Shown: one piece after another, positions 36,242 to 39,628 of the stretch
Layout: every line of letters starts with the position of its first letter
How positions within the stretch are numbered: the first letter of the stretch is position 1
DNA from: Solirubrobacteraceae bacterium
GTDB lineage: Bacteria > Actinomycetota > Thermoleophilia > Solirubrobacterales > Solirubrobacteraceae
Reading direction: 5' to 3'
Assembly: GCA_016462245.1 (NCBI GenBank)
Contig: JAEMTR010000002.1
Span: forward strand, 1 to 39,628
DNA: 39,628 nucleotides
Made by a program: the position numbers and the translations under genes
Notes under the pieces: model-generated
Seen by the model: only the letters and a program-made list of their open reading frames with translations
What the model was told of the DNA's origin: nothing
Database searches by the model: none

Positions 36242-36315
36242 TGCCCCGACCTGGATTCGAACCAGGGGCCTGCTCCTTAGGAGGGAGCCGCTCTATCCAG
36301 CTGAGCTATCGGGGC
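36242..36315 (-). tRNA. tRNA-Arg (anticodon CCT)
   Basis: The reverse complement reads GCCCCGA-TA-GCTC-AGCTGGATA-GAGC-G-GCTCC-CTCCTAA-GGAGC-AGGCC-CCTGG-TTCGAAT-CCAGG-TCGGGGC-A. This is a full cloverleaf of 74 nt, with no encoded CCA. Confidence 0.9.
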
Positions 36316-36464
36316 TAGGCTCCAGAAGATACGCCGCCGTCACGGCGGTGTGCGCAAAACCCCGATCGGTAGTAGATTTCGGTCTTGGGCTTGAGCTGCT
36401 GGCTCGCAGGATTAACGGGGGGCTGAAGAATCAGCGACTGGATCAAGAACGTGGGGAGTTCGGC

Positions 36465-37604
36465 GTGAGCACAGGCGTGCCTCGGCTCGTTGAGCCTTCC
36501 TCCGGCCTGACGGCAGCCGATCCGCTCGAGTTCGGCGCGATCGCCAGCCGCACTCCGTGGCAGCTCTTCTGGCGCAACTTCAAGAAGGACAAGCTGGCGC
36601 TCTCTGGCCTCGTCTTCATCGTCCTGCTGGTGATCGCGGCGATCGCCGCGCCGCTGATCACAAAGTTAATCGGCGCCTCTCCGCCGAACCTGATCAACAC
36701 CGATGCGCTCGATTCGTTCGGCACGGCGACCGGCCCCAGCTCCGAGCATCTCTTCGGCGTCGATCAGCTCGGCCGCGACGTTCTCAGCCGAACGCTCTAT
36801 GGCGCTCGCGTCTCGCTCGAAGTGGCGCTGATCTCAACCGCGCTGGCGACCTTGATCGGCGTTGTTCTAGGCCTCGTCGCTGGATTCTTCCGCGGCTGGG
36901 TCGATTCGGGGATCTCGAGACTGATGGATGTGCTGCTGGCATTCCCGGCGCTGCTGTTGGCGCTCGGGCTGGCGGCGGCCTGCTCGCTCGGCGACGGTTG
37001 CGCCGTCAGCACGCCTCTGCAGGCGGCCGGATTGGCGACCGTTGTCGCCGGCCTGCTCGGCGCCGCGCTCTCGCTCGCTCGCGGTCGCCGCGAGATGGTC
37101 GCCGCGTCACTGGTCGTAGTCGGTTTTGGTCTCTTCTTCGCGCTGCTTGGAACCTTCTTCACGATCAAGATCGAGCCCGGCGCCGGCGTCGTGATCTTCG
37201 TGATCACGCTCGTTAGCTGGACCTACATCGCCAGGATCGTCCGTGGTCAGGTGCTTTCGCTGCGCGAGAAGGAGTTCGTTGAGGCATCGCGCTCGCTCGG
37301 GGCCTCGGACGCGCGGATCGTCTTCAAAGAGATTCTTCCGAACCTGATCGTCCCAATCATCGTTTACGCGACGCTAATCCTGCCGACCAACATTCTGCTT
37401 GAGGCGGCACTCTCGTTCCTTGGCGCCGGGGTTCAGCCACCTAACGCGTCATGGGGCGCGATGATCGCCGAAGCGACCTCGGTCTTCGACACGGCCTGGT
37501 GGTACATGCTCGTTCCGGGGCTCGCATTGCTCTTTACGGTGCTGGCCTTTAACGTCGTAGGAGATGGACTCTCCGACGCGCTCAATCCGCGTCAGGAAGG
37601 CTGA
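36465..37604 (+). CDS. Peptide/nickel-type ABC transporter permease (DppC/OppC-like) with inserted helical hairpin
   Basis: Conserved permease region MDVLLAFPALLLAL and the loop LSLREKEFVEASRSLGASDARIVFKEILPN. GTG 36465 is preceded by GGGGAG. Track start 36348 abuts the tRNA region. Confidence 0.82.
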   Translation: MSTGVPRLVEPSSGLTAADPLEFGAIASRTPWQLFWRNFKKDKLALSGLVFIVLLVIAAIAAPLITKLIGASPPNLINTDALDSFGTATGPSSEHLFGVDQLGRDVLSRTLYGARVSLEVALISTALATLIGVVLGLVAGFFRGWVDSGISRLMDVLLAFPALLLALGLAAACSLGDGCAVSTPLQAAGLATVVAGLLGAALSLARGRREMVAASLVVVGFGLFFALLGTFFTIKIEPGAGVVIFVITLVSWTYIARIVRGQVLSLREKEFVEASRSLGASDARIVFKEILPNLIVPIIVYATLILPTNILLEAALSFLGAGVQPPNASWGAMIAEATSVFDTAWWYMLVPGLALLFTVLAFNVVGDGLSDALNPRQEG

Positions 37605-37666
37605 TGACGGTGCTCCGATTTAGTTCAACAACGAACCGGCCGAAAGCCGGGAAGGAAGGTAACCCG

Positions 37667-39445
37667 ATGAAATCGATTCGCTTCTGTTCGGCAGCACTAC
37701 TTGCGCTCGTGCTGAGCCTCACAGCAGTTGCCTGCGGCTCAAGCAGCAGCGACAGTGGCTCTTCGAACACTGTCGGCGATGTTCCCGCCGAGCAGTCATT
37801 GACCGGTAAGACCGGCGGCGCGCTGACGGTCATCGCCAGCGACGACGTCGACTACATCGATCCCGGCGCGGCCTACTACCAGTTCACCTTCATGGTCACC
37901 TCGGCGACTCAGCGCTCGCTTTTCTCGTTTGGCCCTGACGACTCGGTTGACCCGGTCCCGGACCTCGCCTCTGAGGCCGCGGATGTCTCCGCTGACGGTA
38001 AGACGGTCACGGTCAAGATCAAGCCGAACATCAAGTTCAGCCCTCCGGTTGATCGCGTCGTCACTTCGGCCGACGTCAAGTACGGGATTGAGCGAGCATT
38101 CCTTCCGACCGTCGCAAACGGTTACGCGGAGGTCTATCTCGGCGACATCGTCGGCGTCAAGGACTTCACCGATGGAAAGGCGACTGAGATCAGCGGGATC
38201 GAAACGCCCGACTCGACGACGATCGTGCTCAATCTCAGCCGCGGAACCGGTGGCGCCGCTGCCGGCGCGCTGGCGCTGCCGATCAGCGCCCCGGTGCCAA
38301 AGGAGTACGCAGCGAAGTTCGACGCCAAGAACCCTTCGACTTATGGCGTCAACCAGGTTGCTACCGGTCCTTACATGATCGAAGCTGACGCCAAGGGTGC
38401 CTTGACCGGTTACGAGCCCGGCAAGAAGATCAACCTCGTTCGCAACCCCAACTGGGACCGTTCGACCGATTTCCGCAAGGCCTACCTCGACACGATCAAT
38501 GTTGAGGAAGGCAACAATGACACGACCGTAGCGGCGCGCCAGATCATCAAGGGCAACGCACAGGTCAACGGTGACTTCGGGCCGCCACCAGCGGTGCTGA
38601 AGGAGATCTTCAATTCGACGCCAGATCAGCTTGCGCTGACGTCGTCGGGCGGTAACCGCTACGTGTCACTTAACACGTCGCTGGCGCCGTTTAACAACCT
38701 CAACGTGCGCAAGGCGGTGCTCGCCGTATTCGACCGTGAAGCTATGCGCGCAACCCGCGGCGGTGCGCTGCTGGGGCCGATCGCCAACCATTTCATCCCA
38801 CCGGATGTCGGCGGATTTGAAGAGGCCGGCGGCTTGGAGGGCACCGGCGTTGATTTCCTGGCGAATCCAAAGGGCGACCTGACTCTGGCGAAGGAGTACA
38901 TGAAGAAGGGCGGCTTCCCATCAGGTATGTACACCGGTAGCGACGAGCTGCTGATGGTCGGTACCTCCGGCGGCGCTGCGCAGAAGGGCGCCGAGTTGGC
39001 TGCGACGCAGTTTGAGAAGCTCGGCTTCAAGCCGAAGCTCCGTCTGGTGACGCAGGACACGATGTACACCAAGTTCTGCGGCGAGCCGAAGGCCAAGGTG
39101 ATCGTCTGCCCGAACGTTGGTTGGCTGAAGGACTTCAGCGATCCGCAGACGATGCTCGACGCGACCTTCAACGGTGAGAGCATCGTTGCCAGCGGTGGCT
39201 TCAACTCAAACTGGCCGCAGCTCAATGTTCCCTCGATCAACGCGGCGATGGCCAAGGCTGAGCTGATCGTTGGTGAGAGCGCGCGCAACAAGGCATGGGC
39301 CGATATTGACCGTCAGATCACGGCTCAGGCCCCGGCCGTTCCTTGGATCTGGGATGACACGCCAAACATCCGCAGCAGCGATGTCGCCGGCGTGATCAAC
39401 AAGTTCAATGGCAACTGGGATCTCTCCTTCACCTCACTGAAGTAG
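37667..39445 (+). CDS. ABC transporter substrate-binding lipoprotein, family 5 (peptide/nickel)
   Basis: Lipoprotein signal MKSIRFCSAALLALVLSLTAVAC, with GGAAGGAAGG upstream of ATG 37667. About 590 aa with family-5 hallmarks (DPGAAYY.., VATGPYM, NPNWD). Confidence 0.85.
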   Translation: MKSIRFCSAALLALVLSLTAVACGSSSSDSGSSNTVGDVPAEQSLTGKTGGALTVIASDDVDYIDPGAAYYQFTFMVTSATQRSLFSFGPDDSVDPVPDLASEAADVSADGKTVTVKIKPNIKFSPPVDRVVTSADVKYGIERAFLPTVANGYAEVYLGDIVGVKDFTDGKATEISGIETPDSTTIVLNLSRGTGGAAAGALALPISAPVPKEYAAKFDAKNPSTYGVNQVATGPYMIEADAKGALTGYEPGKKINLVRNPNWDRSTDFRKAYLDTINVEEGNNDTTVAARQIIKGNAQVNGDFGPPPAVLKEIFNSTPDQLALTSSGGNRYVSLNTSLAPFNNLNVRKAVLAVFDREAMRATRGGALLGPIANHFIPPDVGGFEEAGGLEGTGVDFLANPKGDLTLAKEYMKKGGFPSGMYTGSDELLMVGTSGGAAQKGAELAATQFEKLGFKPKLRLVTQDTMYTKFCGEPKAKVIVCPNVGWLKDFSDPQTMLDATFNGESIVASGGFNSNWPQLNVPSINAAMAKAELIVGESARNKAWADIDRQITAQAPAVPWIWDDTPNIRSSDVAGVINKFNGNWDLSFTSLK

Positions 39446-39473
39446 AGATTTCCGCTGCTCGTCGATCGCGAAT

Positions 39474-39501
39474 GGTCCCTGCCGCAGGTGCGGCGGGGAC
39501 C
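39474..39501 (+). terminator. GC-rich hairpin after the substrate-binding protein gene (no U-tract)
   Basis: ggtccctgccgc-aggt-gcggcggggacc, a 12-bp stem with one G-U pair, 29 nt after the stop. No T run follows, so it may be an intercistronic stabiliser or attenuator rather than a terminator. Confidence 0.4.
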
Positions 39502-39527
39502 GGACGCGCCTGCCTGGCCGTGAGCGA

Positions 39528-39628
39528 ATGATTCGCTACATCCTTCGCCGCCTGCTGTGGGTCATTTTCCTGCTCTTCGCGGTCAGCTTCGTCACCTTCG
39601 TGATCTTCTATCTGCTGCCCTCGGCCGA
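39528..39628 (+). CDS. ABC transporter permease (DppB/OppB-like), 5' fragment cut by window end
   Basis: MIRYILRRLLWVIFLLFAVSFVTFVIFYLLPS is the stereotyped N-terminus of DppB/OppB-type permeases. Confidence 0.75.
   Translation, partial: MIRYILRRLLWVIFLLFAVSFVTFVIFYLLPSA

Noticed and set aside
36333-36347. Small hairpin ccgccg-tca-cggcgg next to tRNA-Arg as a terminator or riboswitch element.
   Set aside because: It has a 6-bp stem with a 3-nt loop and no U-tract. It lies upstream of the tRNA 5' end and ahead of the ABC operon. It is too small and generic to interpret.

Overview
This is a GC-rich, gene-dense chromosomal window made up almost entirely of housekeeping genes. I saw no integrase, transposase, CRISPR array, phage block or obvious defence island. 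All family calls come from motif reading only, because no database search was possible.

Gene content, left to right:
- A GT-C-like membrane protein whose frame stays open to the window edge, and a convergent YmdB-type phosphoesterase.
- A tightly packed plus-strand respiratory block: hemB, a fused AhbA/AhbB-type siroheme decarboxylase, hemL, an unknown ORF, a Bacillus-type Rieske/cytochrome b6/subunit IV-cytochrome c complex (qcrABC), menG/ubiE and a polyprenyl synthase.
- An acidic zinc-ribbon ORF, tatA, a tatC carrying a large loop insertion, and a membrane-anchored ORF.
- tRNA-Lys(CUU).
- A class IV aminotransferase coupled to a WecB/WbpA/WbpB/WbpD-like nucleotide-sugar cassette.
- The conserved minus-strand replication/ribosome block rpsF-ssb-rpsR-rplI-dnaB, followed by a translationally coupled DnaC/DnaI-like AAA+ protein and purA.
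- otsA, then a histidine kinase/OmpR-type regulator pair divergent from a large membrane protein with a degenerate M28-peptidase-like domain.
- thiL, infA, a class A PBP, a HAD hydrolase, a CPBP protease, an L,D-transpeptidase and pyrE.
- tRNA-Arg(CCU).
- A peptide-type ABC transporter, cut by the window end.

I found no convincing self-contained new system. The least canonical items are:
- the siroheme decarboxylase embedded between hemB and hemL;
- the hemL-coupled ORF that looks like a catalytically dead prenyl synthase fragment;
- the dnaB-coupled DnaC/DnaI-like loader;
- a diacetamido-uronic-acid-like sugar cassette that lacks a DegT aminotransferase but is coupled to a fold-type IV aminotransferase;
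- insertions in TatC and in the ABC permease;
- the long acidic tail on ribosomal protein S6;
- structured RNA-like spacers within the rpsF-ssb-rpsR-rplI-dnaB operon.
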